DNA from: Deinococcales bacterium
GTDB taxonomy: Bacteria > Deinococcota > Deinococci > Deinococcales > JAAFIG01
NCBI GenBank assembly: GCA_031414595.1
Contig: JANNVX010000064.1
Coordinates: forward strand, 9,283-73,282
Direction of reading: 5' to 3'
DNA: 64,000 nt
Shown: one piece after another, positions 35,622 to 44,974 of the stretch
Position numbering within the stretch: the first letter of the stretch is position 1
Layout: every line of letters begins with the position of its first letter
The notes under the pieces: generated by a model
The model's database searches: none
The model's input: the letters and a program-made list of their open reading frames with translations, nothing else
What the model was told of the DNA's origin: nothing
Position numbers and translations under genes: made by a program

Positions 35622-37190
35622 ATGCGAAAACGAATAGGCGCGGTTGCATTACTTGGCATTGGCTTACTAGCAGTCAGCATGGCTCAGAATTCTCGCTCGA
35701 GTACCTTGGTGTATGGCGGAGATTTCTCTGACCTGATTTCGCTTGACCCCGGAATCAGTTACGAATTTAGCGGTGGTTTAATCACCGACAATTTGTACGA
35801 AACCTTGGTCAAATTTGAAGGCGAAGATTTAAGCACCTTAAAACCCGGCATTGCGGCTCGTTGGGTAGTTAAAGACGCGGGCAGCACTTGGAAAGTCACC
35901 TTTAATCTTGCCAACAAAAAATTCGCTTCGGGTAATCCAGTCACGGCTGCCGATGTGGTCTACACTTTTGACCGAGCAATAGCCTTAAAAGGTAACGGTT
36001 CGTTTTTGTTTGACGAAGTTGCCAATATGAAAATCGGTAGCACCAAAGCCCTCGGTCGGTCTACTGTCGAAGTAACTTTGCCAAAAACCGCCAGTCCAGC
36101 CGCTTTTTTGAATTTGCTTACCTTTAACATTGGCGGCATTGTAGACAGCGTTTTGGTCAAATCCAAAGCGGTCGGTAACGATTACGGTTCAGAATGGTTA
36201 AAACGCAACTCGGCGGGCTCGGGCGCGTTTGTCTTAAATCGTTGGGACCAGAATCAGCAAGTGGTCTTGGATGCCAACCCCAACTCGAGCTTAAAAGCCA
36301 AATTGAGCCGCGTTATCTTGCGCGAAATGAAAGAAGCTAACACCCAAAAAATTGCCCTCGAGAGCGGTGAAATTGACATTGCTGAGAATCTAACCCCAGA
36401 TATGGTCAAAGCCAAAGCCACAGACGCTAAATTTAATGTCTACAAAGCCGATAGCTTGCGTTTGCAGTACCTCGGCATGAATACTGGGGCTGGCAGCCAA
36501 TTTGAGGATGCAAGGGTGCGCCAAGCGGTGCGTTGGGCGCTTGACCAAGACAGCATGGTTAATGTATTGGCTGGTGGCAACGCCCGTAAAGTCCAAACGA
36601 TTATTCCTGCCGGTTTATTTGGCTTTAATGCCAGCAACCCCTACAGTGTTAATGTCGAAAAAGCCAAGGGGTTACTAGCCGCCGCAGGCAAGCCCAATGG
36701 TTTTGAATTTGAAATGCTCGTCCCACAAGGCTCTTGTGCAGCAGGTGTACCGTGCGCTGATTTAGCCGCCAAAATTCAATCTGACCTTGGAAAAATTGGC
36801 TTAAAAGCCAATATCAAACAAATTGTGCAATCCGAGTTACTTGGTATTTACCGCGCTCAGAAAGCCCAAATGGTCTTAGTTGGTTGGTCTCCGGATTTTC
36901 CGGATCCGGACGGCAACGCTACACCAATGTCGGATTACGGCGCAAAAAGCCTTGCATGGCGCAATGCTTGGAATAATGCCACCGCCAGCAAACTCGCCCA
37001 ACAAGCCGCCCTCGAGCCGAACCCAGCCAAACGCGCTGCGCTCTATAAGCAACTGACCGAACTGCATCTCGAGGAAGGTCCGTTTGCGATTTTGTACCAA
37101 CCAAAAGTACCCGTTACGTTATCCACCAGCGTCAAAGGCTATTTACGCAATGCCCAAGGTCAAGTTCGTTTCGAGAAAATTTCTAAGTAA
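35622..37190 (+). CDS. Peptide/nickel ABC substrate-binding protein (SBP family 5)
   Basis: SLDP, LYETLV, TAADVVYTF, GSGAFVL and W.PDFPDP. Confidence 0.93.
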   Translation: MRKRIGAVALLGIGLLAVSMAQNSRSSTLVYGGDFSDLISLDPGISYEFSGGLITDNLYETLVKFEGEDLSTLKPGIAARWVVKDAGSTWKVTFNLANKKFASGNPVTAADVVYTFDRAIALKGNGSFLFDEVANMKIGSTKALGRSTVEVTLPKTASPAAFLNLLTFNIGGIVDSVLVKSKAVGNDYGSEWLKRNSAGSGAFVLNRWDQNQQVVLDANPNSSLKAKLSRVILREMKEANTQKIALESGEIDIAENLTPDMVKAKATDAKFNVYKADSLRLQYLGMNTGAGSQFEDARVRQAVRWALDQDSMVNVLAGGNARKVQTIIPAGLFGFNASNPYSVNVEKAKGLLAAAGKPNGFEFEMLVPQGSCAAGVPCADLAAKIQSDLGKIGLKANIKQIVQSELLGIYRAQKAQMVLVGWSPDFPDPDGNATPMSDYGAKSLAWRNAWNNATASKLAQQAALEPNPAKRAALYKQLTELHLEEGPFAILYQPKVPVTLSTSVKGYLRNAQGQVRFEKISK

Positions 37191-37200
37191 AGCAAAAAAC

Positions 37201-37229
37201 TCGAGGAGCGTATTTAATGCGCTCCTCGA
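37201..37229 (+). terminator. Hairpin after the SBP gene
   Basis: tcgaggagcg-tatttaatg-cgctcctcga. Confidence 0.6.
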
Positions 37230-37274
37230 TTCGTAGGATTTAAGGCGATAAGTCAAGGTCAGCGATGCGCTAAA

Positions 37275-37323
37275 ACTCAAAGCTCATAGCCCATAGCCCA
37301 TAGCCCATAGCCCAAAGCTCAAA
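37275..37323. repeat. Heptamer tandem repeat GCCCATA
   Basis: actcaaa gctcata gcccata gcccata gcccata gcccaaa gctcaaa. Confidence 0.85.
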
Positions 37324-37336
37324 AAGAGACCCTAAA

Positions 37337-38344
37337 ATGCTTAATTACACCATCAGAAGATTATTTTTTGTCCTATTCGTGGTTTGGGGCGTTTCCTTAG
37401 CCACCTTTTTTATCTCCCAAGTCGTCCCCGGCGACCCCGCACTGGTTGCGCTTGGCGATAAAGCCACCGATGAAATGATTGCCAATTTTAGAACCAAAAA
37501 TGGCTTAGACCAACCCGTTGTAACACAGTATTTTACTTATGTTGGGCGTTTATTAAAAGGCGACCTCGGCACAAGCCTGCGAACTGGCAGACCAATCCTA
37601 GATGATTTACGCGATTTTTTCCCCGGTACACTCGAGTTATCCGCTACAGCCCTGTTTATTGCAGCGCTGATTGGTATTCCAGCCGGAGTGTTGGCGGCGC
37701 TCACCCAAAATAAAGCCCCAGACATTATTGTGCGCTTATTAGCACTACTGGGCGGGGCAACCCCGATTTACTGGTTGGCGATTTTACTGCTCGAGTTTCT
37801 GCACAATAAACTGCGCTTACTGCCCGGACCCGGACGTTTAGATGCTTACTTAATCGCTCCGCCTCGAGTGACTGGTTTTGTCGGCATAGACGCACTGATT
37901 GCTAGAGATTGGGAAGTGTTTTCTGACAGTATTGCCCATTTAATCTTACCCGCTTTTGTGCTGGGCGCGTTTAGCTCGGCGCTGCTGGCACGCATGACCA
38001 GAGCCGCCATGCTTGAAACCATGAGCCAAGATTATATTCGCACCGCCAAAGCCAAAGGCATTGCCCAGTCTCGAGTGGTGATAAAACACGCCCTGAGAAA
38101 TGCTTTTTTGCCTGTCCTGACGGTGCTTGGTGGGGTGCTTGGCGGTTTATTGTCTGGGGCAGTGCTGACCGAAACCATTTTTAGCTGGCCCGGAGTTGGA
38201 CGCTACACCACCGATGCCGCCATCAGCCTTGATTTTCCAGCCGTGATGGGTGTGACTTTACTGGCTGGCATGGCATATTCACTGATTAACTTAGTCACTG
38301 ATTTACTGTACGCGCTGTTTGACCCAAGGATAACCTATGCTTAG
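37337..38344 (+). CDS. Peptide ABC permease (DppB-like)
   Basis: VPGDPA, GDLGTS and EAA loop DYIRTAKAKG. Confidence 0.93.
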   Translation: MLNYTIRRLFFVLFVVWGVSLATFFISQVVPGDPALVALGDKATDEMIANFRTKNGLDQPVVTQYFTYVGRLLKGDLGTSLRTGRPILDDLRDFFPGTLELSATALFIAALIGIPAGVLAALTQNKAPDIIVRLLALLGGATPIYWLAILLLEFLHNKLRLLPGPGRLDAYLIAPPRVTGFVGIDALIARDWEVFSDSIAHLILPAFVLGAFSSALLARMTRAAMLETMSQDYIRTAKAKGIAQSRVVIKHALRNAFLPVLTVLGGVLGGLLSGAVLTETIFSWPGVGRYTTDAAISLDFPAVMGVTLLAGMAYSLINLVTDLLYALFDPRITYA

Positions 38345-39197
38345 TGCTGTCGAAGCCCCTAAAAAACAAGCCTCCAAAGCCTCTAAACGCTTTTGGCGCA
38401 ACCCTGCTTCGATTATCGGGGTGGTGCTGTTGGGTTTACTATTGCTGATTGCTGTGCTGGCAACCGTTATTTCCCCAGACCCGATTGTTCAAGACTTAGG
38501 ACAGCGCTTACTCCCGCCCTCGAGCCAACATTTACTTGGCACAGACCAACTTGGGCGCAGCGTTTGGGGACGGGTGGCACACGGGGCATCGTTGTCCTTA
38601 CAAGTCGGTGTGGTTGTGACCCTGATTTCTGTGACAGTTGGTGTGCTTGTTGGCTTGTTGGCTGGAACATTTGGTGGCGTTTGGGACAATGTTTTGATGC
38701 GTATCACCGATATTTTCTTTGCTTTCCCCAGTTTAATCCTAGCGATGGCAATTGCGGCAGCCCTCGGACCAAGTTTAACCAACACGATTATCGCTGTCGC
38801 CATTGTTAGCTGGCCCAGTTACGCCCGACTGGTACGCGCCCAAGCCATGGCACTGCGCGAACGCGAATTTGTCGAAGCGGCAAGGGCTATCGGCACATCA
38901 CAAATCAGCATTGCTTTACGCCATGTTTTTCCAAATACCTTGACCCCCGTTTTAATCCAAGCCAGTTTTGATGTCGGACAAGCGATTTTAACTGCCGCAG
39001 GGTTATCTTTTATCGGCTTTGGGGCGCAACCACCAACCCCAGAATGGGGGGCGATGGTCTCGGAAACCCGCAACTTTATTTCCGAAGCACCTTGGGCAAG
39101 CTCTGCCCCTGCAATCGCCATACTACTGGCGGTACTGGCATTTAATTTGGTTGGTGATGGTCTACGCGACGCACTAGACCCACGCAACACCCGCTAG
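38337..39197 (+). CDS. Peptide ABC permease (DppC-like)
   Basis: LLGTDQLGRS, EFVEAARAIG and AFNLVGDGLRDALDP. Confidence 0.93.
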   Translation: MLSAVEAPKKQASKASKRFWRNPASIIGVVLLGLLLLIAVLATVISPDPIVQDLGQRLLPPSSQHLLGTDQLGRSVWGRVAHGASLSLQVGVVVTLISVTVGVLVGLLAGTFGGVWDNVLMRITDIFFAFPSLILAMAIAAALGPSLTNTIIAVAIVSWPSYARLVRAQAMALREREFVEAARAIGTSQISIALRHVFPNTLTPVLIQASFDVGQAILTAAGLSFIGFGAQPPTPEWGAMVSETRNFISEAPWASSAPAIAILLAVLAFNLVGDGLRDALDPRNTR

Positions 39198-39589
39198 GGC
39201 AGTACCGCAATCACTTCGACCTCGAGCCGAACTTCTGGGCTACCGAGGCTGGCGACAATCAAACCCGTGTGCGGTGGGCGATGCAAACCAAAAAACTCGA
39301 GCCGAACTTCGGTCACGGCTTTAGAATCTGCACCGTCCACAAGGTACGTTGTGACTTTAACCACGCTGTCTCGAGGAAACCCAGCCGCCTCGAGAACCAC
39401 ACCAAGATTCTGATACACCTGTTTGGCTTGAGCCGCCGCGTCAAAAGGCGCAACTAACGCCCCGTTTACATCTCGAGCCACTTGCCCAGCCACATAGAGG
39501 GTGTTGCCCGCCCGCATTGCATGGTTGTAGGTGGCAGGTTGGTAAATGCCTTCTGGTTGGATGAGTTGGTAGAAATCTGATTGAGACAT
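39194..39589 (-). CDS. RidA/YjgF family enamine/imine deaminase-like protein
   Basis: YNHA.RAGNTLYVAGQV and L.SPEVRLEVEVIA. Confidence 0.88.
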   Translation of the reverse strand: MSQSDFYQLIQPEGIYQPATYNHAMRAGNTLYVAGQVARDVNGALVAPFDAAAQAKQVYQNLGVVLEAAGFPRDSVVKVTTYLVDGADSKAVTEVRLEFFGLHRPPHTGLIVASLGSPEVRLEVEVIAVLP

Positions 39590-39598
39590 GATTGAGTC

Positions 39599-40378
39599 CT
39601 AATTTTCTTGTGAGTCTTGACTGATTATTAAATTCAAGCTGTGTAGCCAATGAACAAATTCATTTATTTTTGTGGCAAGGTTTGTGTCAAAATGAATATT
39701 CACATCCAATCGCCCATTGCCCCAATCGGATAATCCTATAAAACCCTCAATAGCTCGAACATAGACAACAAAATACCCCTCTTTGTGCAAGAAACGCGTC
39801 TCAGATATGTTATTCCAATGTTGATGAATTTGTTGAGCCAGCCAAGTTAAATCCACTGTATGCTCGAGAACAAGTCTTCTGTTTTGGTTATTGCCATATG
39901 GGTAAAAAGTCAAAAGTGCTGCAACTTGGGATTCATCAAAAGGTTCTTGACGATAGCGCCATCGGTGCAAAGAAAAAAAACTGCCTTCAACCCAAAAGAC
40001 TTTTTCCGAATGTCTCGGCAGTATGTACAATTGATGCACTGTGTTTGGTGCGTAAACGATGTAGTCACTATCTATGGTATCAGCAAGAACCACCGAATTA
40101 AGTGCGTCTTCCGTAGAAAGAATATCTTGCTGTCCTTCCCAGAAACGCTCGTAGTAGCCATCAATAATACTTTCGCGGAAATCAAGTTGGGCTTTTGGAA
40201 GTTGTTCAGGTGAATAAATGCGAAAGTAATGACAGTATTCACCGACCCCAAGCTGGGACATAAATTCTCTATACCCAAGTGGCAATGGGTGTTTTAACCA
40301 AGCCTCGAGTTCATCCAAACGTGACTGTTCAACGGTTTGAAGTTCTTGTGAAACAAGGTAGACATTCTTGAAATCCAT
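39599..40378 (-). CDS. SMI1/KNR4-like (immunity-type) protein
   Basis: LDELEAWL...LPLGYREFM...G.GE motif; visibly more AT-rich than its neighbours. Confidence 0.65.
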   Translation of the reverse strand: MDFKNVYLVSQELQTVEQSRLDELEAWLKHPLPLGYREFMSQLGVGEYCHYFRIYSPEQLPKAQLDFRESIIDGYYERFWEGQQDILSTEDALNSVVLADTIDSDYIVYAPNTVHQLYILPRHSEKVFWVEGSFFSLHRWRYRQEPFDESQVAALLTFYPYGNNQNRRLVLEHTVDLTWLAQQIHQHWNNISETRFLHKEGYFVVYVRAIEGFIGLSDWGNGRLDVNIHFDTNLATKINEFVHWLHSLNLIISQDSQEN

Positions 40379-40381
40379 AGG

Positions 40382-41791
40382 CTATAGAATACCCAATTTT
40401 CTTAAAGCCTTCGCGCCGCCCTCGAGACTGCTGTGGTTCATCCCCGCATAATTCGGACTGTAGACAATCCCCTTTGCGCCATTGCTGTACGACGCAAGCA
40501 CGCTCTGCTCGACAATTTCTGGGGTGCAAATGGCTTGGCTTGCGCTGGTGCGCGGCGCGTCCACGCCAATGCCCATGTAGACTGGTATTTTGTCTTGCAG
40601 GTCTCGCACCGTGTCTCGAGCTTGCCCACCGACATAGGTCTCTGGGTTCATGCCTGTCTCGAGCAAGCTATCCCACGGAGCTTCTTGTAAACCAAGCAAT
40701 TTGTACATAATTGGGGTCAGTTCTTGCGGTGTAAAATCTCGCAAAATACTTTGATGCCATTCAGTCATTTCTTTTTTGTAAATCCCACCCGACTGATGCT
40801 GGTAAGTAATCGGTTTGACCCAATCGGCGTACATGGTTTGTTCATCCCAAGACCATTGGGCTTTACGAAGCGGATTAAAATGATTGCGATTCCAGACATT
40901 TAGCCCAAAACTTAGGGCAGGCTTGCACCACTTAACAATGCCGTACAACTCGCGGTCAAGGTCTTTGTTGCGCTCGAGCCAGAAACGCTCCCAAATTAAA
41001 ATCTCGGGATTTCGCAGCAGCATCCGCAAAAAGCCAATGAAAAAACCATCGGAGCAACCGCGCCCGGCTCGAGCCTCTTGGAAAAATGTATAGGCTTCAC
41101 GGAACGCCAGCAAAACCCGCTCGACATCTATACCGCGTTCAATCGCTTCGCGTCTGGCGGCTGGACTAAAATCATTGGCGGCGTTCCCTGCAATTAAATT
41201 ATCCAATGGGCTGCGGCGTTCGTTGCACCACATGATGCCGTCAATATCGTAATTTCTGGCGTAATCCTCGAGAACACTGTGCAACCAAGTGCGGTAATGC
41301 GGATTGGAGGTGCTGGGTTCAGAACCAATCCGCCCAAACTGGTCTATCTCGAGGTACTGCGGTAGATTTGGAATCTGCACCGTGTTGCTGCTGCCGTGGT
41401 CGGCGTACTTAAAAAGGGGTTCCATGACTTCGGGCATGACTTTCATGCCACGTTTGTGTGCCGCCTCTATCACCATCTCGAGGATGTCCATGCCAGCCAT
41501 GCCGGGGTCGTTGTTGGCAAAATTAGTGATGCTGGTATTGCGGTAAAATTCTGGATGATGTTTGATGTACGAGCCGCCACGCATTTGGTCGGGTTCTTGG
41601 ACACCGTGGTCTGGGAAGCCCTCGAGTTTATGCGAGATTCGCCGCCCGACTTTTAAGCCAAGCCAAGAGAGTGTGCCGATTAAAAGCACATTGATTCCGA
41701 AACGTTCTTGGAGGGTCTCGAGAAGTGGCTCTACACCTTCGTCTAAGAAGCTAATGGGGCTGATTTGAATGCCAACGAATTTATCGGTCAT
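40382..41791 (-). CDS. Uncharacterised protein, probable glycoside-hydrolase-like TIM barrel
   Basis: EAAHKRGMKV and YDIDGIMWCNE resemble GH-like (beta/alpha)8 segments; family assignment is tentative. Confidence 0.55.
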   Translation of the reverse strand: MTDKFVGIQISPISFLDEGVEPLLETLQERFGINVLLIGTLSWLGLKVGRRISHKLEGFPDHGVQEPDQMRGGSYIKHHPEFYRNTSITNFANNDPGMAGMDILEMVIEAAHKRGMKVMPEVMEPLFKYADHGSSNTVQIPNLPQYLEIDQFGRIGSEPSTSNPHYRTWLHSVLEDYARNYDIDGIMWCNERRSPLDNLIAGNAANDFSPAARREAIERGIDVERVLLAFREAYTFFQEARAGRGCSDGFFIGFLRMLLRNPEILIWERFWLERNKDLDRELYGIVKWCKPALSFGLNVWNRNHFNPLRKAQWSWDEQTMYADWVKPITYQHQSGGIYKKEMTEWHQSILRDFTPQELTPIMYKLLGLQEAPWDSLLETGMNPETYVGGQARDTVRDLQDKIPVYMGIGVDAPRTSASQAICTPEIVEQSVLASYSNGAKGIVYSPNYAGMNHSSLEGGAKALRKLGIL

Positions 41792-41816
41792 GGATTCCCC
41801 TTGGGGTCTGTGCAAA

Positions 41817-41839
41817 GGCGAGGCATGCCTCGCCCCTAC
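41817..41839 (-). repeat. GTAG-type REP
   Basis: Minus strand GTAG-GGGCGAGG-CATG-CCTCGCC. Confidence 0.8.
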
Positions 41840-41842
41840 GGA

Positions 41843-43036
41843 TTATAAAAATTGTTTCCAGAATTGCTCGAGTTTGTCTAGGGCAGCATCCATTGTTGGG
41901 CGTGGACACATCAGGCTTAGACGCACAAAGCCTTCTGCACCACTGCCAAAGACCACACCGGGTCCAACCCGAACCGCGTGTTGTTCGATTAAACTCGAGG
42001 CGAATTCCATTGAACCCATCTTGGATGCACGAATGTCTGCCATGATGTAATAACTTCCACTGGTGCGGATAAACGGTAGACCCATACCCTCGAGTCTCGA
42101 GATTAAATAGCTTCGGCGTTCGGCATAGGTTTGTAGGCGTTCCTGCCATGCACTTTGGTCGCCAGTCAGGGCAGCCAGTGCTGCCAGTTGGGTTGGGGTG
42201 CTGGTGCTGATTGAGTGCATATGGCGGGTTTCGGTGGCGACTTGTTTTAACCACATTGGCACAGCCAAATAGCCAACCCGCAAACCAGTCATGCCGTAGG
42301 TTTTGGAAAAACCATTAACCGTGATGGTGCGCTCGAACATATTGGGTAATCGGGCAAAAGAAAATTGTTCCGCGCCATCGTAAATGTATTTTTCGTAAAG
42401 TTCGTCGGACACGACCAAGAAATTGTGCTTCTCGGCAAGGGCTGCAATCCCCATCATTGTTTCTCGAGTGACCACTGCGCCCGTTGGATTGTCTGGGCTG
42501 ACCACAATCACCAGTTTGGTGCGTGGCGTAATGGCTGCCTCGAGCGCGGCTAAGTCCCAAGACCAGCCTGTTTCTGGTTTGACTGGCACAGTCACGGCTT
42601 TGCCACCACACAGCGCCACGATGTTGTTATAGGCACTGTAGTACGGGTTGGTCAAAATCACTTCGTCATTTGGGTTTAAGAGCGCAGCGCACATCACATA
42701 AATCGCTTCTTGCGCCCCTGCCGTGACGATGATGTTATCTGCCACGTACTCGAGATGATTTTCCGAGCGTAACTTGGCAGCAATCGCTTCACGCAAAGGC
42801 ACAATGCCATCATAAGGCGTGTACTGCAAAATGCCGTTTCGTAAGCCCTCACGCATCGCATCCAACACAAAATCTGGGGTCGGCAAATCTGGTGTGCCAG
42901 AGCCGAGATTGACTAAGCCCTTGGCGTTCTGCACGGCGGCAACCATACGCGGGTTAATCGGGTTGCCAATGGAATGCTCTAAGTTATCCACTGCAACTCG
43001 AGACAAGAATTTTGAAAAATTAACCGTCTGTGTCAT
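41843..43036 (-). CDS. PLP-dependent class I/II aminotransferase
   Basis: NLGSGTPD, SPDNPTG, SDELYE and NGFSKTYGMTG.R.GY. Confidence 0.95.
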   Translation of the reverse strand: MTQTVNFSKFLSRVAVDNLEHSIGNPINPRMVAAVQNAKGLVNLGSGTPDLPTPDFVLDAMREGLRNGILQYTPYDGIVPLREAIAAKLRSENHLEYVADNIIVTAGAQEAIYVMCAALLNPNDEVILTNPYYSAYNNIVALCGGKAVTVPVKPETGWSWDLAALEAAITPRTKLVIVVSPDNPTGAVVTRETMMGIAALAEKHNFLVVSDELYEKYIYDGAEQFSFARLPNMFERTITVNGFSKTYGMTGLRVGYLAVPMWLKQVATETRHMHSISTSTPTQLAALAALTGDQSAWQERLQTYAERRSYLISRLEGMGLPFIRTSGSYYIMADIRASKMGSMEFASSLIEQHAVRVGPGVVFGSGAEGFVRLSLMCPRPTMDAALDKLEQFWKQFL

Positions 43037-43049
43037 TTATACCTCCAAT

Positions 43050-44084
43050 TCATGCCAATCCTATTGCTTCTGCATACTCAAGTAAGTCCAAAGTCTGTCC
43101 GTGCTTCGAGCTTTCGGCGCAAGCCAGTGTTAAAGCCATCGTCATTAAGTGGTCACGCCCACTCGGGTAGGTGCTGGGTTCATCACGCACTGCACACAAG
43201 AAATCTTCGAGCAACCCGCGTGTGTCGTCTACAAAATCTTCTTGAGGCTCGAGCATAATTTCTTCGGGGGTGGTTGCCCCAGCCTGCCAATACTCGAGAC
43301 CCGCAAAAATATCGCGCTGGAAGAGCATTCCAGAACTGCCATCGGTGCGCCACTGAAATTCGTTTTTAGAGTTTGTCCCCATCCACGTCCCGAAATACTG
43401 CAACTCCACGCCATTTTCAAACTCGAGCCACGCCGCAACTGTGGCATCCGAAGCGTACATGCTCCACGGTGGATTGGTGGTGCGCCCCCAAACGCGCTTG
43501 ACTTCGGAATTGTAAATAAATCTGGCTAAATCAAGGTGATGAATGCTCTGCTCGAGCAGCATCGGTTGCTCCATCGTCAGTGGGTATTTATTCAGCAAAG
43601 GGCGTTTTCCGTCGCGGTAACGCCAATAGTTGATACGCCCAAAACCGACCTGACCGAGCTTGCCGCCCACAATATATTCACGGCTTTTTTTGGTCGTCTC
43701 GAGATAGCGAAAATTCATACCGACACACAGATGAATCCCCGCCTGTTCTGCCATATCTACACAGGCTCGAGCGGTAATGGCATCCAGCGCCAAAGGCTTT
43801 TCGCACAGCACGGGAATACCGCGCTTGGCACAAGCCGTAATCTGCTCGAGATGGACACTTGGTGGGGTGGAAAGCACCACTGCATCGGGTTTGAATTGCT
43901 CTAAGGCGGTTTCTAAATCAGTCAGGTGTGGAAACTCGAGGTTCAGCAGTTTTTCTTGCAATGTTTGCATCGCCTCCGCGCTCGGATCAACCCCAGCCAC
44001 CAAACTCGAGCCAGCATTTTCGGCAATCACCCGCGCCCAGTGCCGCCCGCGAGTGCCAAGTCCAACAAGTAATGTGCGTATCAC
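43050..44084 (-). CDS. Gfo/Idh/MocA family oxidoreductase
   Basis: GLGTRG, VLCEKPLA and EQSIHHLD. Confidence 0.92.
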   Translation of the reverse strand: MIRTLLVGLGTRGRHWARVIAENAGSSLVAGVDPSAEAMQTLQEKLLNLEFPHLTDLETALEQFKPDAVVLSTPPSVHLEQITACAKRGIPVLCEKPLALDAITARACVDMAEQAGIHLCVGMNFRYLETTKKSREYIVGGKLGQVGFGRINYWRYRDGKRPLLNKYPLTMEQPMLLEQSIHHLDLARFIYNSEVKRVWGRTTNPPWSMYASDATVAAWLEFENGVELQYFGTWMGTNSKNEFQWRTDGSSGMLFQRDIFAGLEYWQAGATTPEEIMLEPQEDFVDDTRGLLEDFLCAVRDEPSTYPSGRDHLMTMALTLACAESSKHGQTLDLLEYAEAIGLA

Positions 44085-44095
44085 ATGAAACTCCT

Positions 44096-44974
44096 TTAAG
44101 GTTTTGGTGGGTAGTCAAGTAAACCTTGCTCGAGGAGAATTTTAGGTTTGAACCTGAGTTCTTGCTTGATTTTGCTCGAGTCAATCGCACCGTGACGGGG
44201 TGGCATATAGGCATTCCAAACTGAGGCTTTGTTGAGGTCGCCATAAACAATTTGGTAGGTATTGAGAATCCACGAAGCACTAATGGCTATACCGCCAACA
44301 TTGTACAGATGCGTTTTTTTATCGCCTCGGCGTTTAGCGATGATTTGGATTAAACGGGCTAAATCGGTAGTGTGCAGAAAATTGTATTCGTCAAAGTTTT
44401 TATGCGGCAAAACTATGTTTTTCGGACCAAGAAACTGTTCTGCCATTTGCCCAATTACAGACACCCCTACTCGAGTTCCAGAAGCCTGTTCGTTCGGTCC
44501 GTAAATCGCCGCCAGACGCAAAATCCATAGGGTCATGCCTTCGGGCTTGCCAAGTTCGCAACTCTGTTCGGCAAGGGTTTTGGAGAGGCTGTAGGCTTTG
44601 TCATTACGAAGTATTCCGTCTTCGCCAATCGGTGTGGCTTGTTCTGGTGCATAGACCCCAGCCGAACTGAGTAGAATAAAGTGTTTGACTTTTGCTTCTC
44701 GAGCCGCGAACATTGCATTGATTGTGCCTTGGACATTAACTTCGATTAAATCAAGTTCGTCGTCTCGAGTGGCAGTGGTGCGAGCCGCCGCATGAACCAA
44801 AACTGTAGGCTGATGCTCGAGTGCCAGCGCGGTTAGATGGTCGCAGTCAAGCACATTGAGTCTGTATCGGGTACTATGAACATCACCGTCCAGCACTTCA
44901 AAACCAAGCTGCTCGAGTGACTGAGTTAATGCCTGTCCAACAAATCCACCTGCTCCTGTGAGTAGTATTTTCAT
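44096..44974 (-). CDS. NAD-dependent epimerase/dehydratase (extended SDR)
   Basis: TGAGGFVG, SSAGVY and YSLSK. Confidence 0.9.
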   Translation of the reverse strand: MKILLTGAGGFVGQALTQSLEQLGFEVLDGDVHSTRYRLNVLDCDHLTALALEHQPTVLVHAAARTTATRDDELDLIEVNVQGTINAMFAAREAKVKHFILLSSAGVYAPEQATPIGEDGILRNDKAYSLSKTLAEQSCELGKPEGMTLWILRLAAIYGPNEQASGTRVGVSVIGQMAEQFLGPKNIVLPHKNFDEYNFLHTTDLARLIQIIAKRRGDKKTHLYNVGGIAISASWILNTYQIVYGDLNKASVWNAYMPPRHGAIDSSKIKQELRFKPKILLEQGLLDYPPKP

